This document shows, one piece after another, positions 39,160-53,498 of a stretch of 64,000 nt of DNA. Every line of letters starts with the position of its first letter. The first letter of the stretch is position 1. The notes below the pieces were generated by a model that worked only from the letters and a program-made list of their open reading frames with translations, did not search any database and had not been told where the DNA came from. The DNA comes from Felis catus (Eukaryota). The translations under genes and the position numbers were made by a program. The DNA is taken from the NCBI RefSeq assembly GCF_018350175.1, contig NC_058368.1, forward strand, positions 32,614,001 through 32,678,000, written 5' to 3'.

Positions 39160-39326
39160 AGGGAGGGAGCCAAACCATAAGAGACTCTTAAAAACCGAGA
39201 ATAAACTGAAGGTTGAGGGGGGGTGGGAGGGAGAGTGGGTGATGGGTATTGAGGAGGGCACCTGTTGGGATGAGCACTGGGTGTTGTATGGAAACCAATT
39301 TGACAATAAATTTCATATTAAAAAAA
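39160..39326 (+). mobile_element. Young felid L1 3' end (5'-truncated)
   Basis: gagcactgggtgttgtatggaaaccaatttgacaataaa plus A tail; TSD aagtct(a/c)tgaaga. Confidence 0.93.
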
Positions 39327-39360
39327 AAGTCTCTGAAGAAAGTGCTAAAAAGAGAAAACA

Positions 39361-39585
39361 GGGGTGCCTGGGTGGCTCAGTCACTTGAGCGACTGACTTC
39401 AGCTCAGGTCATGGTCTTGCAGTTTGTGAGTTCAAGCCCCGTGTTGGACTCTTTGCTAACAAAGAGCTCAGAGCCTGGAGCCTGCTTCAGATTCTGTATC
39501 TCTCTCTCTCCCCCCCTCCCCTGCTCATGCTCTGTCTCTCTCTGTCTCTCAAAAATAAATAAATGTTAACAAAAATTTTAAAAAG
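39361..39585 (+). mobile_element. CanSINE
   Basis: ggggtgcctgggtggctcag head; flanking repeat taaaaagagaaaa. Confidence 0.96.
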
Positions 39586-40632
39586 AGAAAAGAGATACCA
39601 AAAAGGAAAAGGTAAATTATAGAAAAAGAAATTAAAAAAAATTAAACTAATGAAGTTCAGCATCATGGCAGTCTATTAAATGAGAATTAAAACAAACAAA
39701 CTCTTCTTTATTGTCTTTAAATTATTAAAACTTTTAATATGATAATGCTGTGTACACATTGGGCTTTAGTAAAATAAAAACTAGGATTTTTCTTAAACAT
39801 TTAATGTGGAATTTTTAGTGGAATGAATTTTCATGATACATTTGAAGTAAGAAAACTTTGTAAGACAGTTTTTCAAACCAGCTGTATTTCTTTTATACAC
39901 TTGGTAAATAATCATTATGGTAATTAGTGATACCATACATTTCCTACCAAATAATCTGGGATGGTGCTGGGGTGGAGAGGGCTCTGGATTAATATTTATG
40001 CTTTTCTGTATTCTGAGAATTGCCCTCAGAAAACAATCATAAAATTAATTACCATGAGAATTGTTGCTATACTAAGAACGAGAAGTAACTGAAAGGAAAA
40101 CAGGCTAGAAGCAGTGTGGAGATTAGGGGTTATTACCACGAGCTGCTTTGGGGTGCTTCCTCCAACTGTACTATCAAAGCCAGCAGCTTGAGGACAATAA
40201 TAGTCTTAAGTTACTTCCTGCTAAGAATCAAAATAACTGAAAAAATATAATTAATTGTAATAACAAAAAGATCTAAAGTGCATATAAATATTACCGCTGA
40301 ATACACAATGTCTCCTAAAAATTTGAAGAAGATTATTTTATGCTTAAAAAAAGTAAACTGATGTTCTCAGTTCTGTCAAATACACTTCAGAGTTTATATA
40401 TTCTGATAGTATTTTTGGGAATTTGGGGGGCACAAGAATAATAAAGCTCATCTTAATCCAATTTTTTCTCTATAAAAATGAGATGTAGAGAAAAAAATGC
40501 ATAACTTACCCTGAATCAAATTCATTCTAGAAACTTCCTAAAATGACACTGATAATGGAAAAGAAAGACTGCTTTCACTCAAGTCACACATGACCATGAC
40601 CTGAAAAAATTACTGATAAACTTCAATTACTC

Positions 40633-40848
40633 TTTTTTAAGTTCATTTATTTATTTTGATAAGGAGAGAGAGCATGTGTGGGCATGTGCGTGCGCACAAG
40701 TAGCAGGGGGGCAGATGGGGAGGGAGAGAGAGAATCCCAAGCAGGCTCCACATGGTCAGCCCAGAGCCCGATCTCACAAACAGTGAGATCATGACCTGAG
40801 CCAAAAATCTAGTCAGACACTTAACTGACCGAGCCATCCAGGAGCCCC
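40633..40848 (-). mobile_element. CanSINE with internal deletion
   Basis: Flanking repeat cttcaat(t/g)act. Confidence 0.93.
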
Positions 40849-41429
40849 AGCTTCAATGACTTTAATCACATCTGTCCAATGCCTCTTGCTTTTTTTCTTT
40901 CTTTTGTCTAGTACACTTTATTCTAATTATGAAATCTATCCTTTCAGGATCACTTCTTTTTCCTTGGCATTTGTGAAGAATTGAAATTCATTTTGAGAGC
41001 TAAGAATGCCTAGAAGTCATAGGCAGGTTTAGATAACAAGTTGGGTGTTTTGTTATTTTCCCTGTTATTTATTATTTTGCCCTTATCTCTCTGAGTAAAA
41101 TAAAGTGCATCGCTTCCAGCCTTTTCAGCTACAATAAGAATGGATAAAGCTTTTTAAATAATATGTTCCCTAAAAATCATGTTAGAATAGATTTGGATTT
41201 TTTGGTTGTTTATTTGGGGGTTTTACTGCTGTTACTTTGTGTTGCACAAAATGTGAGGTGAGACGGCAAGAAACCACAAAGAAGTTGAACTTTAGGACTT
41301 GAAGACCAGCATGCATTCCAAATAATTACACTTAGGGAGTATCTGGGTTTGTGCAAGTATAACCAGTTGTCTTTGATATGCTGATATGTGAAATATACTC
41401 TGTTGCTGTATTTTATGCATATATTACTT

Positions 41430-41631
41430 TTTAAAAGTTTGTTTGCTTGTTTGTTTGTTTATTCAGAGAGAGCAGAGCAGGGGCAGAGAAAGAGGGAGAG
41501 AGAGAATCCTAAGCAGGCTCCGCACTGTCAGTGCAGAGCCCTACTTGGGGCTTGATCTCACGAACCATGACATTATGACCTGAGCCGAAATCAAGAGTTG
41601 ATGCCCAACTGACTAAGCCACCCAGGTGCCT
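41430..41631 (-). mobile_element. CanSINE
   Basis: TSD tat(g/a)catatattacttt. Confidence 0.96.
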
Positions 41632-43382
41632 CGTATACATATATTACTTTCTAACTTCTCCATAATTAGGTAGATAAATATTTATATTTACTACTAATTT
41701 AGTTTCATTCTGTTTTTACACTATCTGTAATAGTTAATCAGGAATATGTGAGTTAGTCCTGTATTAACTGAGCATTGCCACCTTTGCTTTGTGTGGGCAA
41801 GACTGCAAATGAGATCAAGAAAAATTCAGAGCACTACTTATGTGATAAATGTAAGATAAGTGTCCTTGTAGAGGAAGATCTTATGGGCCCAGGACAAGTC
41901 TGTCATTATCTCTCTCTGTGACTTTAGTTTGTATTTATAACCAAGAAATATGTCAAAGATGCAAAGATGCAAAGAATTCTTCCACTTTATTTCCTTTTAA
42001 TTCCAAAAGGAAATTTGGATTTAGATATTACACAAACATACAAAAGCAACTTTTTAAGAAATGCCACAGATGAATGTTTTCATATAATGTTCTTTGTCTG
42101 AAATTGCTTTATAGGTAGTAGAAATAATGATCAGATAGGTGGATTTCTGCACGCTCCCTGGGTGACTGTTCCCTGATGTTAGGAGGGCTGTGACACTCCT
42201 AACCAATTGATCCCGAGGCACTAGACTTATGAACCAGCAGCTCTCCCCTCATTAGCCTTCTACCCTGCAGGCTTTTCACCCCCATCCAGGAGGGCTAAAA
42301 TAATCAGTATTACATATCACATTGGCTATGTTACACATGTCTTTAAACTGGCTTGTGTTCTCCCTTCAAATCAGATTTGAATTGGTCACCCGGAATGCTA
42401 AGACCTCCCGGGTGATTGTTTCTGCCTATCTCATCTTCCCCATGAGTCTCTCTTCTACCTTCCAATTTAAAACAGAATAATGACTTATGATACCTAGACC
42501 TCTTTGTTCTTTTCCTCTGTCCTCTCCACAGTCATCTTAATGGATTGGATTTTTATCTTCTATTATAGAAAGAATGAAAGAATGCTTTACAGTTGCTAGC
42601 AGCCTTGTTCTCCAAATTATTTTATAATCTTTGTTATTTTCAGGGAATTATATTCACTCTTCAGAGAAGAACTGATAATACTCTTTATTCTTTGTCTTAA
42701 AATAAAATTTATTAAAATTCTTTTCTCCAAAATAGTTTAATAAGTTTCTTTATGTACCACCCATGGTTGAACACGATGTTTCCAGGGGGCATACACAGGT
42801 ACACTACCCATAGGTCAAGAGATGCCTTTTCTTAGAAAAAAAAAAAACAAAAAAAACCCAAAAAAACAAATTCACTCTGCTCTACTACAAATAATCTTTT
42901 TGGGTCATTTAGAAACAGTTGAAATGTCAACTTTCTTTTTAAAAAAATGTTTCAGCAATGCAAAGGTCAGGTTACCTCTGCATTTAAATAGAAGAAATAA
43001 AACATTGTACCCATTAAGTTTATACTGCTGAAACATCCAGCCTCTGGAAACATTTCATTTGAGGACAGAAAAAGGTAGAAAAGACTGATGAAATAATACC
43101 TACTTGTTAGGTATTTCTTTATCTAACATATAAAATACATAAAGATGAATTCTGTAGATATAGATGATTCAAATATTACAAATTATTAACAGTGATACAG
43201 ATAGAGGCATATAAATGTAGTAGAAGAATTGCACACATATGCATATAGGCACAGCTATATATTGAGAGTGATTAAGTTAGAATTATGCAGGGATATTTTA
43301 GAGACATAGAGAAAAAAGGGAACAAGAAAGAGCAGAAAGGAGAGGAACAAGAACAACAAAAATGTATGTTAAACTAAACTCA

Positions 43383-44391
43383 GTGGGGGTGGAAAAATAA
43401 TTTTCCTAATACTGTTGACCTAAAAAGTATAACAGCCAATTATTTTAGCGGCAAAATGCGTTTATTCAGTAAGAGCAGAGGAATTGCAATACTGGACATG
43501 AGGGCTATGGCAAGCTATAGGCAAGTTCAGAGATAAAAGGGATGTTCCCGTATAATAGGTGGAAGTTAGGAGGGCTGCTTTGAATGAGGGACCGTTGGAG
43601 AAAAGCAAGAGCTCAGGGTGGTACTCGCTTTTCATTGGTTGAGTTGTGGTACTTATTGGTCGAGCTTGTTGCCACATAAGGAGAAATTCTTTCTTCTTCC
43701 TGCAGGAGTTGTAGGGTAGGATTCTCTCTGTTGGGAGGCAAAGTCTCTTCCTGTTGGGGTGCAATTGATAACAAGTGGTAGGGAATGAGAGCTCCCCCTT
43801 TTAGGCCTTCCCGTGCCATTTTAAATGAAGTTTGTTTTATTCACTTTCATATTTTTTTCTGGATTCTGTGGCTGAGATCTCCTCCGCTCATAATCAAAAA
43901 TTAATAAGTGGATGACAAATAAAATTTGATGAGCATGTATACCTCCTGTATACTTGGGAGAAACCCAGGAAAACTGAGTAAAACTCCCAGAATGGTCCAA
44001 GCTACCATCATAAATACCATCCACAGCTATTGACAAAAGACAAAAGAAAGAAGTTGAAGGTCAGTGAAGAGAGATTGTCAAGAAAGCACAGTGACCAAGG
44101 ATAAGGTGGTTGCAGATTTAAGTGTGTGGCTTCTTTATTGATAAAAATTTCTTGTGATTCAGAGTCACCCTTTTCTTCCTGGTATATTGATGGGAGACAC
44201 CCATACAAATGGAGATTTCTCTTATAAATGGAAATTTCTCTCACCAAAAAAAAAAAAAAAGTACCTTCCATTTTGTTTTCAGAGATTCTGTTGTGTCTGC
44301 AGTTTTGAAAAAAAAATAATAATAATCGGTTCAAAATAATCCTTATGCCAAAGAGTCATATTTTGGGGTGGCATGCTTTGCTACCCTTTCA
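43383..44391 (-). mobile_element. MER34-like ERV1 solo LTR, interrupted
   Basis: aaaataatccttatgccaaagagtcatattttggggtgg is the reverse complement of the 5' motif of the LTR at 45870. Confidence 0.8.
43413..43849 (-). mobile_element. Second ERV solo LTR nested in the MER34-like LTR
   Basis: TG...CA termini; AATAAA on the minus strand about 50 nt from its 3' end; host LTR resumes on both sides. Confidence 0.7.
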
Positions 44392-44479
44392 CCCTATAAT
44401 TTTATGCATGAAGAAATAGTGATGAGACTTGATGCAAGACAGGACAACTAGGAAAAGACCAGGAGTGCCTTTCCATAGT

Positions 44480-44685
44480 ATGCTGAGTATAAGAGTCACA
44501 ATCCTGGAGGCCAGCGCCTAGAATGAGAATCAGGACTCTGCTTAGAGCATTTGATATGCACCAATACAATTTTATACCAGTTGCTTAATCTCTTAGTGCT
44601 TTAGTTTCTTCATAAAATAGGCATGATAGCAGCACGCTTCTTACATGGGAATATTAAGAGAACTGAAAGTGTGAAATGCTGAGTC
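44480..44685 (+). mobile_element. MIR relic
   Basis: agttgcttaatctcttagtgctttagtttcttcataaaatagg core. Confidence 0.6.
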
Positions 44686-45869
44686 CGCTGTTGGCCTTCT
44701 GGGCACACTCTCAGGACTGTCTACATTAGCTCTCCTCACACCTGTGTCTCAGTCCACTCCACACCCTGTAAGGCATACGACCTGTCTATGTAGTTAGAAA
44801 TTTGCAAGCTCTACTTCTATAACCCCACAGAAGGTAGTAGTACTAAATTGATCAAAATTCACTAAAGCTTTTATTTAACATTTAGTAAAATTAAAGTATA
44901 TAAAATCAACTTTTTTGGAATTTTAAAAACAATTACTACTTTCAGTGAAATAAATTTACATTTACAGTAAATAACAATTATAATATGTTGTTAGTTTTGC
45001 TATTGTATCCCAGATTGACAGTTTTCAAGTTTAATTTTATATACTTTTCAATATTTGTTGGCAAAGGCTTAAAATAATCAGGATCAGCATGAACTACTGT
45101 CATAGAGAGTGATAATTTCTGGGTTCAAACCTACTTTTCTGATCCTTTTCTCCTCTTTCTCTTTGCCAGCATCCTTTAAGATGAATAATTCTCCCAGGCA
45201 ACATTTCTACATCTAAAGCCTAATAGGCCTTTCTCTTTTCTTTGTACTCTTTGTTAAAAGCCTTTATAATGGAGAATACCTTTTTTTTTGTATCCTGCAT
45301 TTTCCCTTATCTAAAGAGAAGGCTGCCTGCAGGCAGTTCCTTTGAGTTCTAGGAGGTTGCTATAACCTTTGTGATTAGATTACCAGTGATCTTCTACTTT
45401 TCCTGCATAATGCATTTCTAAAACACTAAAACACAAATGAAAGAGAAATGAGCCAAACAATAACTTTTCCTAAGTTTGGTTGGGGTGGCAACCAAACTCC
45501 AACTTGTTCTGTTCTCAGAGGGAATTTCACTGTCACTTCTATAATATTTGGGAATATTGTATGTTTTTGGTTTAGCTTTGTCTTTTTTTTTTTTCTGTAC
45601 TTTAAGACACACAGCAGACTAGCTTAAAAGAAATGACACATTAAAGGTAGAAGATAACTAAAGTTGCTAAAGCTAATGATTTATATCTTTGATGGAATTT
45701 TTTTAGTTTGTGGGTTTACTCTAATATTTGTATCATTACTGCTTAATGTTTTAAAATCTGTTTCAACTACTTGATAAGAATTGAAGAACAAAATGCATTA
45801 AAATACACAAAGAATTTTGCAGATCACTAATCTACCAAAAATGTCAAAACACATGTTTTGTCACTAGTT

Positions 45870-46433
45870 TGTAGTAAAGGAGAACAAAATATAGCACCCT
45901 CCAAAAAATATGCCACTTTGGCATAAGGATTATTTTGAGCTGGTTATTTTTAAGAAATAGCAGACATAAGAAAAGCTCTGCAAACCTAGTACAAGTTACC
46001 CTTTGTTAAGAGACAATTACATTTATGAAGGAAATCTTAATTGTTAGGGTATCTGTCTTTCTATACCAGGAAATTTGCACTCTGGCCAAATTTCTAGAAA
46101 CCCTTATCAATGGAGAAAGTAGCTACTTACATATGCATAACAACCATACCCTAGTTTACTGTGTTTTGCCTGATAACCTCCCATAACTGCCTTCCCACCC
46201 CCACAGCATCTTCTTTTGTCTTTAGCTAGAGATAGTATTTAAGGTGGTGGCTTGGGGCATTTTGGGGAATAACTCAGTTTTCCTGGTTATTTCCCATATA
46301 TACAAGAAGTATACATGTTATTAATTTCATATTTGTTTTTCCCCTGTTAATGTCTTTTTACTATGGGGGAGTGGGGAAAGAGGACTCAACCAAGAATCTA
46401 GAATGGGAGAGGAAGAATTTTTTCTCCCCTACA
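45870..46433 (+). mobile_element. MER34-like ERV1 solo LTR
   Basis: aatatgccactttggcataaggattattttgagctg 5' motif; ends tttctcccctaca. Confidence 0.85.
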
Positions 46434-47695
46434 GTTTTATCTACCAAGCTAGTGCACAAAATGTTAGTTTTCTAATCAATACATTAATATTAAAATTCTT
46501 TGTGTGAAAGATTGATAAGTCAAGGAATACCCACATTCTGCATTTGGAATAAAAATTTCTGGAATTATAATAGTGCCACTTGTCAGTTTGAGGTGGGGAG
46601 AAAGAAAACAATAAATTTTCTTGGGTAAGATAATAAGAGTTCCTTCAGTATATGAAAATGAGCTTGAGTTTTATTAGATGAAAGATACAGTTAAAGAAAT
46701 TTTTAAATTGCTTATATAGAAAATCTTCTTTCCCAACGATATTATGCAGAATGTATCTAATTTAGTTTAATTTTGTTATTTGTTGTTGTCATCATCATTG
46801 TTTTCAATTTAATTTGGGTCATGATGGAAGAGATAAGTACAGAATTTGAAATAGTATATAAGGTATCAAGAGCACAAAACATTTATATGACTGTGGCATT
46901 GTATATTGTTAATTACTGATGCTATACTTCATCAACTGCCAATAATCCACCAAAGACAGAAAGACCTTTCTGTCTTAGAGTATAATTGTAGAGAGATTTA
47001 AAATACTTTATTTCTCTTCCCATTAAGGATTACACATTCTTCTTGTGATATAGGCTTATAGGGAAAAAAGAAATGGAAACTTTTCCTTTCTCAAAGGGAA
47101 AGAAATGCAAAAACATAGTAGCATAAAAAGTAGCCTGTTATTAAAGCAGTATCACATTTAAGATATTTTGGAAAATACTGTTTTTCTTCTACCCTTTTGT
47201 GCATGATCCAGAATTTCAGAGAAATTATCAATACCAAAGCCAAAGAGTATATGATGGTAAGAGCTATATATTAAAGTATAATTGACATACAATATCCTAT
47301 CTTTTTCAGGTATATATCATAATGATTTGATATTTTTATATCTTATTTCCAAAATAAGTCTAGTTGTTCTCCCTGAGCTGTATATTACATCCCCATGACT
47401 TATTTATTTTGTAACTGGATGTTATTACCTCTTAATCCCATTTACCTATTTCACTTGCCCATGCAACTCCTCTTTCCTTTGATAATCAATATTTTGTTTG
47501 TTGTGTTTATGAGTTTGTTTCTGTTTTGTTTGTTCATTTGCTTTATTTTTAATATTCCACATATAAATGAAATCATACAATGTTTGTCTTTATCTGACTT
47601 ATTTCGCTTAGCATGATACCCTCTAAGTATATCCATGTCAACACAAATGGTAAGATTTCATTCTTATTTTATGACTGAGTAATATAGTTTTGGTT

Positions 47696-47698
<3 letters not shown>

Positions 47699-47734
<36 letters not shown>
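47699..47734. repeat. (CA)n microsatellite within L1
   Basis: Read directly. Confidence 0.95.
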
Positions 47735-47736
<2 letters not shown>

Positions 47737-49360
47737 AATGCATGCACACCACATCTTCTCTGTACAATTTTCTGTTGATAGAAATTTAGGTTGCTTTCGT
47801 ATCTTGGCTATTGTAAATAATGCTGCAGTAAACATAGGGGTACATATACTTTTTTTTGAATTGGTGTTTTGTTATCTTTGGGTAAATGCTCAGAAGTGAA
47901 ATTGCTGGATCGTATGGTAGTTCTGTTTTGATTTTTTGAGGAATGCTGTACTGTTTTCCATAACACCTACATCAGTTTTTATTCCCACCAACAGCATATG
48001 AGGGTTCCCATTTTTCCATATACTTCCAACACTTGTTCTTTTCTGTCTTTTTGATAAAAGCCAATCTGGCAGGTGTGAGGTGGTATCTCATTGTGGTTTT
48101 CATTTGCATTTACCTGATGTTGAGCATTTTTGCGCGTGCCTATTGGCCATTTAGATGTCTTTTTTTCAGAAAAAAATGTCTATTGAAGTCCTCTTCCCAT
48201 TTTTTACTCAGGTTGTTCGGTTTTTTGATATTAAATTGTGTAAGTTCTTTATTTTAGATGTTAACCTTTTATTGGATATACGATTTGCAAATATCTTCTC
48301 CCATTAAGTAGGATGCCTTTATGTTTATTTTTAATGATTTCCTTCACTGTACAAAACCTTTTTAGTTTGATGTAATACCATTTTTAAAATTTTAGCTTTT
48401 GTTTCCTGTGCCTGAGGAAACTGCTCTAAAAATTTTTGCTAAGATTGATATGAAAAAGCCTACTGCCTATGTTTTCTTCTACAGGTCTTACATTCAAGTC
48501 TTTACTCCATTTTGAATTTTTTTTATATATATAGTATAGGATAGTGGTACAGTTTTATTCTTTTGAGTGTAGCTCTTAAGTTTTTCATTAACCATTTATT
48601 GAAAAGACTGTCTTTTTCCCATTTTTTGTTCTTGCCTCCTTTGTCATACATTAATTGACCAAATACGTGTGGGTTGATTTCTAGGCTTTCCATTATACTC
48701 CATTGATCTGTGTATTTGATTTTATGCCAGTACCATAGTGTTTGGATTACTATAGCTTTGTAGTGTAGTTTGAAATCAGGGAGCATGATACATCCAGGTT
48801 TGTTCTTCTTTCTCAAGATTGCTTTGGCTATTTGGGGTCTTTGTCATTCCATACAAATTTTAGAATCATTTATTCTAGTTCTGTGAAAAATGTTATTGTT
48901 ATTTTGATGGGGATTGCATCGAATCTGTAGATTGCTTTGTGTAGTATGGACATTTTAACAATGTGAATTCTTCCAGTACACAAGAGCAGTGTATCTTTGC
49001 ATTTATTTGTGTCATCTTTAATTTCTTTCATGTGTGTCTTCTGGTTTTCAGAGAAAGTCTTTACCTCCTTGGTTAAGTTTATTCCTAGGTATTTCATTCT
49101 TTTTGATGCAGTTATAAGTGGGATTTTTTCTTAATTTCTCTTTATGAAAGCTTGTCATTAGTTTATAGAAATGCGACCAATTTCTTTATGTTAATTTTGT
49201 ATTTTGTGACTTACTGAACTCGTTTATTAATTCTTAGTGTCTTGGTGAAATCCTTTGGACTTCCTGTATACAGTGTTACCTGCAAATGGTGACAGATTTA
49301 CTTCCAATGTAGATGTCTCTTACCTCTTTTTGCTGCCTAATTGCTCTAGCTAAGATTTCT

Positions 49361-49576
49361 TTTTTTTAATATTTTTTAGTGTTTATTTTTAAGAGAGAGA
49401 GAGACAGAGTATGAGCTGGTGAGGAGCAGAGGGAGAGGGAGACACAAAATCTGAAGCAGATTCCAGGCTCTGAGCTGTCAGCACAGAGCCCGACATGGGG
49501 CTCTAACTCATAAACCATGAGATCATGATGTGAGTCAAAGTTGGATGTTTAACTGACTGAGCCACCCAGGTGCCCC
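49361..49576 (-). mobile_element. CanSINE inside L1 ORF2
   Basis: Perfect TSD tagctaagatttct. Confidence 0.97.
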
Positions 49577-51540
49577 TAGCTAAGATTTCTAATATGCTGT
49601 TGAATAAAAGTAGTGAGAGTTGGCATTCTTACCTTTTTCCTGGTCTTAGAAGAAAAGCTTTCAACTTGTCACCATTGATTATGTATAATGCTAATTATGA
49701 TTATGCTTGTGGTTTTGCCATACATTTATTATGTTGAGGTACATTACTTCTGTCCTCACATTGTTGAGAATTTTTATCATAAATACATATTGAATTTGGT
49801 CAAATGCTTTTTCTGCATATATTGAGATGATCATATGAATATTATCCTTTGTTTTGTTAATGTGATGTATCACATTAATTGATTTATGGATGTTGAAATA
49901 TTCTTGCATCCCTGGAAAAAAATCTCACTTATTCATGGTATATGATCCTTTTAATCTCTTATTGAATTAGGTTTGCTAATGTTTTGTTGAGAGATTTTGC
50001 ATTTCTATTCATCAAAGATATTGGCCTGTAATTTTCTTCTTTTTTCTTTTGGTATTTTTTTTTTTTTTTTTTTTTGTCTGATTTTGATGTCAGGGTAATG
50101 CTGGTCTCATAAAATGAGTTTGCAATCATTCCTTTCTCTTTCATTTTTTTGGAACAATTTTAGAAATATAGGTATTAACTCTTTTAAAATGTTTGGTAAA
50201 ATTCACTAGGGAAGCTGTCTCATCCTGGACTTTTAATTTTGGGGAATTTTTAACCAATTTTTAACCAATGACTTTCTACTTCTTCTTGATTAAGTCTTGT
50301 AAGGTTGTGTGTTTCTAGGAATTTATTTCTCCCAGGGTTTGTCAATTTTTTGGGCTATAATTATGCAAAGTAGACTGTTATGATCCTTTGTATTACAGTG
50401 GCATAATTCTTTCATTTCTGATTTTATTTATTTGGGCCTTCTCTCTCTCTCTTTCTCTCTCTTTTTTGTTGATGAGTGCAGCTAGAGATTTATCAATTTT
50501 GTTTATTTTTTCAAGAACCAGCTTTTAGTTTCATTGATCTCTTCTAATTTTTGTGTGTGTTTATTGTTTTTAGTGTCTGTTTATTTCCACTATGTAATTG
50601 TTTCCTTTCTCCTACTAACTTTGAGATTTGTTTGTTCTTTTTCTATTTCCTTTAGATGTAAAGGTAGATTGTTTATTTGAGATTGTTTTTGTTTCTTGAA
50701 GTAAGTCTCTATTGTTATGAACTTCCCTCTTAAAACTGCTTTTGCTGCATCCAATAGATTTTAAAAGTTGTATTTTGCTTTGGTCTCAAGGTATTTTTTG
50801 ATTTCCTCTTTGATTTCTTTGTTGACCCATTGGTTGTTTAGTAACATGTTTTTTTTAGTCTCCACATGTTGTGGTCTTCCAGTTTTATTCTTGTAACTGA
50901 TTTCTAATTTCATACCATTATGGTTGGAAAAGATGCTTGATATTATTTCAACTTTCTTGAATTTATTGAGACTTTCTTTGGTCTAAAATATGATCAGTCT
51001 TGGAGAATATTTCATGTGCCTTCAAAAAGAATGTATATTTTTCAGTTTGGGGATGACATGTTCATAAATCTGTTAAGTCCATTTGGTCTAATGTGTCATT
51101 TCAGGGCAATGTTTCCTTATTGCTTTTCTATCTGGATGATTCATTGATGTTAGTATGGTATTAAAGTCATCAACTGTCATTGTATTACTGTCAGTTTTTC
51201 CCTTTATGTCTGTTAATATTTGCTTTATATAGTTAGGTGCTCAGGAATTAGTATTTAATAACAGCAGTATTGAGTTGGTGTATTGATTATATATATTGAG
51301 TTTTATTGGTTGGACCACAAATATTAAAGCCAGAAAGCCTGGCTTATAATTTTGGCCCTACTAATGGATTTTCAGACAATTTGATCCCATCAGTAGCTGT
51401 GCTACATATTTCTCTAAATCATTTTCAGTTCTGTAATTCCACGATTTTGTGATAAAATATTCAAATTCCAAAAGTGTAGTTAACTCACCACTAAATTATT
51501 GCAATGGGGTGGCATAATGTTCATACATATGTGATTTACA

Positions 51541-52013
51541 TAGAGGTGTTCAGAACGAACCTCCCCAAAATATGCCACTTTGGCATGTGGAGTATTTTGA
51601 GCTGAGGGCAGTCAGCAGACTCTGGAAAAGCTTTTACTTCTCCCTTAATTGGCATAAAGAATTTAGACAGGAAGCTTCTTCCGGAAAAAAAAAGCTATTT
51701 GCAGAGATAAATTTTGTATCTAGAAAGACATATCTGCATGACAGGGGAAACATCTAATTACCAAACATTTTCCTTTCTTATCTTCCTAAGAACATTATCC
51801 TTCTCCTCTTTGAAGCCCTAGGCACCTCCATTCCTTAGCTCAGAATGGCTTATAAGCATCAACTGCCCAACTTACCTTTGAGACTCATGACCTATGGGGC
51901 TCCTGTATGTATGTAATTAAATTTTATTTTCTCCTGTTAATCTGTCTTATGTAATTTTTATTCTTAGACCATCCACAGAACCTAGATGGGTAGAAGGAAA
52001 AAAAATTCCTTCT
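51541..52013 (+). mobile_element. MER34/MER39-like ERV1 solo LTR
   Basis: ccccaaaatatgccactttggcatg..tattttgagctg 5' motif; ctcctgttaatctgtct and gaacctaga.gggtaga 3' motifs. Confidence 0.8.
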
Positions 52014-52984
52014 TTAAAATGTAAATAAACCGTTTACAAATTTCATATTTCATGTTACCTACTTAGACATTAATTGATTCAACAACAACAAAAAAACACT
52101 TTTTTAAAGAGGGACTACATACAAACAGTACATTGGCATGGGGTTATAATACTGGGTAAAGTAAATAAATTCATGCTCTTGTCTGCAAATATATCTAAAA
52201 AATTTAAAAGTAAATGTGATTAAAACAAGACAGACTCAACGTTTTGAGCAAAAATAAAACAAATTATGTAAACCGATGGAATATTATCTCATTTTGTCTT
52301 CCCAATAACAATTTAAAGTTTTTAAATCACTGTTTAAAAAAATGAATGAAATGAGACCAGAAAGTTTACTTGACTTACTTATGGATGATCAGATAATTAG
52401 CACTCAGTCACCCCTATCTGATAATCCAAATATATACTTTCTAACTTTACCACTCTTTATGCAGAAACAAAATTTATTGTTAATTTTATATACCTATACA
52501 AATATATTTATTTTAATAAGCTTTTAGTAAAAATTTTTCATTGCCTAAGTAAATAATAATTAAAGTTTTAGATATAAAATACAGGGTTTTCTTGAAATTT
52601 ATTAGAACTTTTTTTTTATCTCAGACATGGTAAAATGTAATTTCAACATGGTACATGCTCTATCAGCAGGGTCCTCTGAAAAACTAAGATGAATATATCC
52701 CTCAAAGACACATGATGGATATGTATGTGAGGGGATAAAGAGTGAAATTGATTTGTATTATATATATATAGTATATAATATTTCTATAAATTATAAATGT
52801 ATATATAATATGTAATATATATAATATCAATGCATACATATATATAAAATCAGTGATGTCTTAGTATATTGAGTTTATAATTATACTGCTGCATACATTA
52901 TCACTTTAGATGAGTAAATTTGATTTCCTGCAAGAAGCATATTCTACATAAACGCAAGTAACAGTGACTTTCTGACAATACATA

Positions 52985-53498
52985 GTGGCTTTTTGTAATA
53001 AATTGCCTCTAAAACTTAGCTTCATCAAAACATTACATCAAAACAATACACATTTATTTTCTCACACTTAATTATCTGGTTTACCTTATCTGATAGCTTC
53101 TGGCTTGAGGACTCTTGTCAGCTTGGGCTGTGGCTCTTCTGAAACCTCTACTGTGAGGATGAGAATCCTTTTCCAAGATCATTTATATGGTTTTTTACTG
53201 CAGCTCACAGTATTTTGTCACACAAGTCTCCACACGGCTTCTTTAAAAAATGGCAACTGGCTTCTGCCAGGATGAGTGACCCAGATAGAGCTAGAGAGTA
53301 TGTGCAAGGTGGAAGCCACAGTTTATTGTAACCTAACATTGGAAGGAGCATACAATATGAGATCACTTCTATCATATTCTACCACTTAAAAGTGTGTCAA
53401 TAAGTCCAGCCCATATTCAAGGAGAGTGGATTGTAAACATGCGCAAAAATTGAGACTTGGGGAGCTTTGAAGGGCCATCATAAAGGCTGTCTACCATA
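52985..53498 (-). mobile_element. MaLR MLT1G/H-like LTR
   Basis: taaaacttagc...catttattttctcaca start; ggccatc.taaaggctgtctaccata end. Confidence 0.65.

Larger units (their letters stand above)
47270..51243 (-). mobile_element. About 4 kb 5'-truncated old L1 (L1MA9/L1_Carn-like), decayed ORF2
   Basis: Translations [70 protein letters not shown]. Confidence 0.95.

Noticed and set aside
42386..42415. Hairpin TCACCCGG...CCGGGTGA
   Set aside because: An 8-bp stem is within chance expectation and too short for a pre-miRNA
45870..52013. Two same-orientation LTRs about 5 kb apart as a provirus
   Set aside because: The LTRs are dissimilar beyond the terminal motifs and the interior is L1 plus unique DNA with no gag/pol/env
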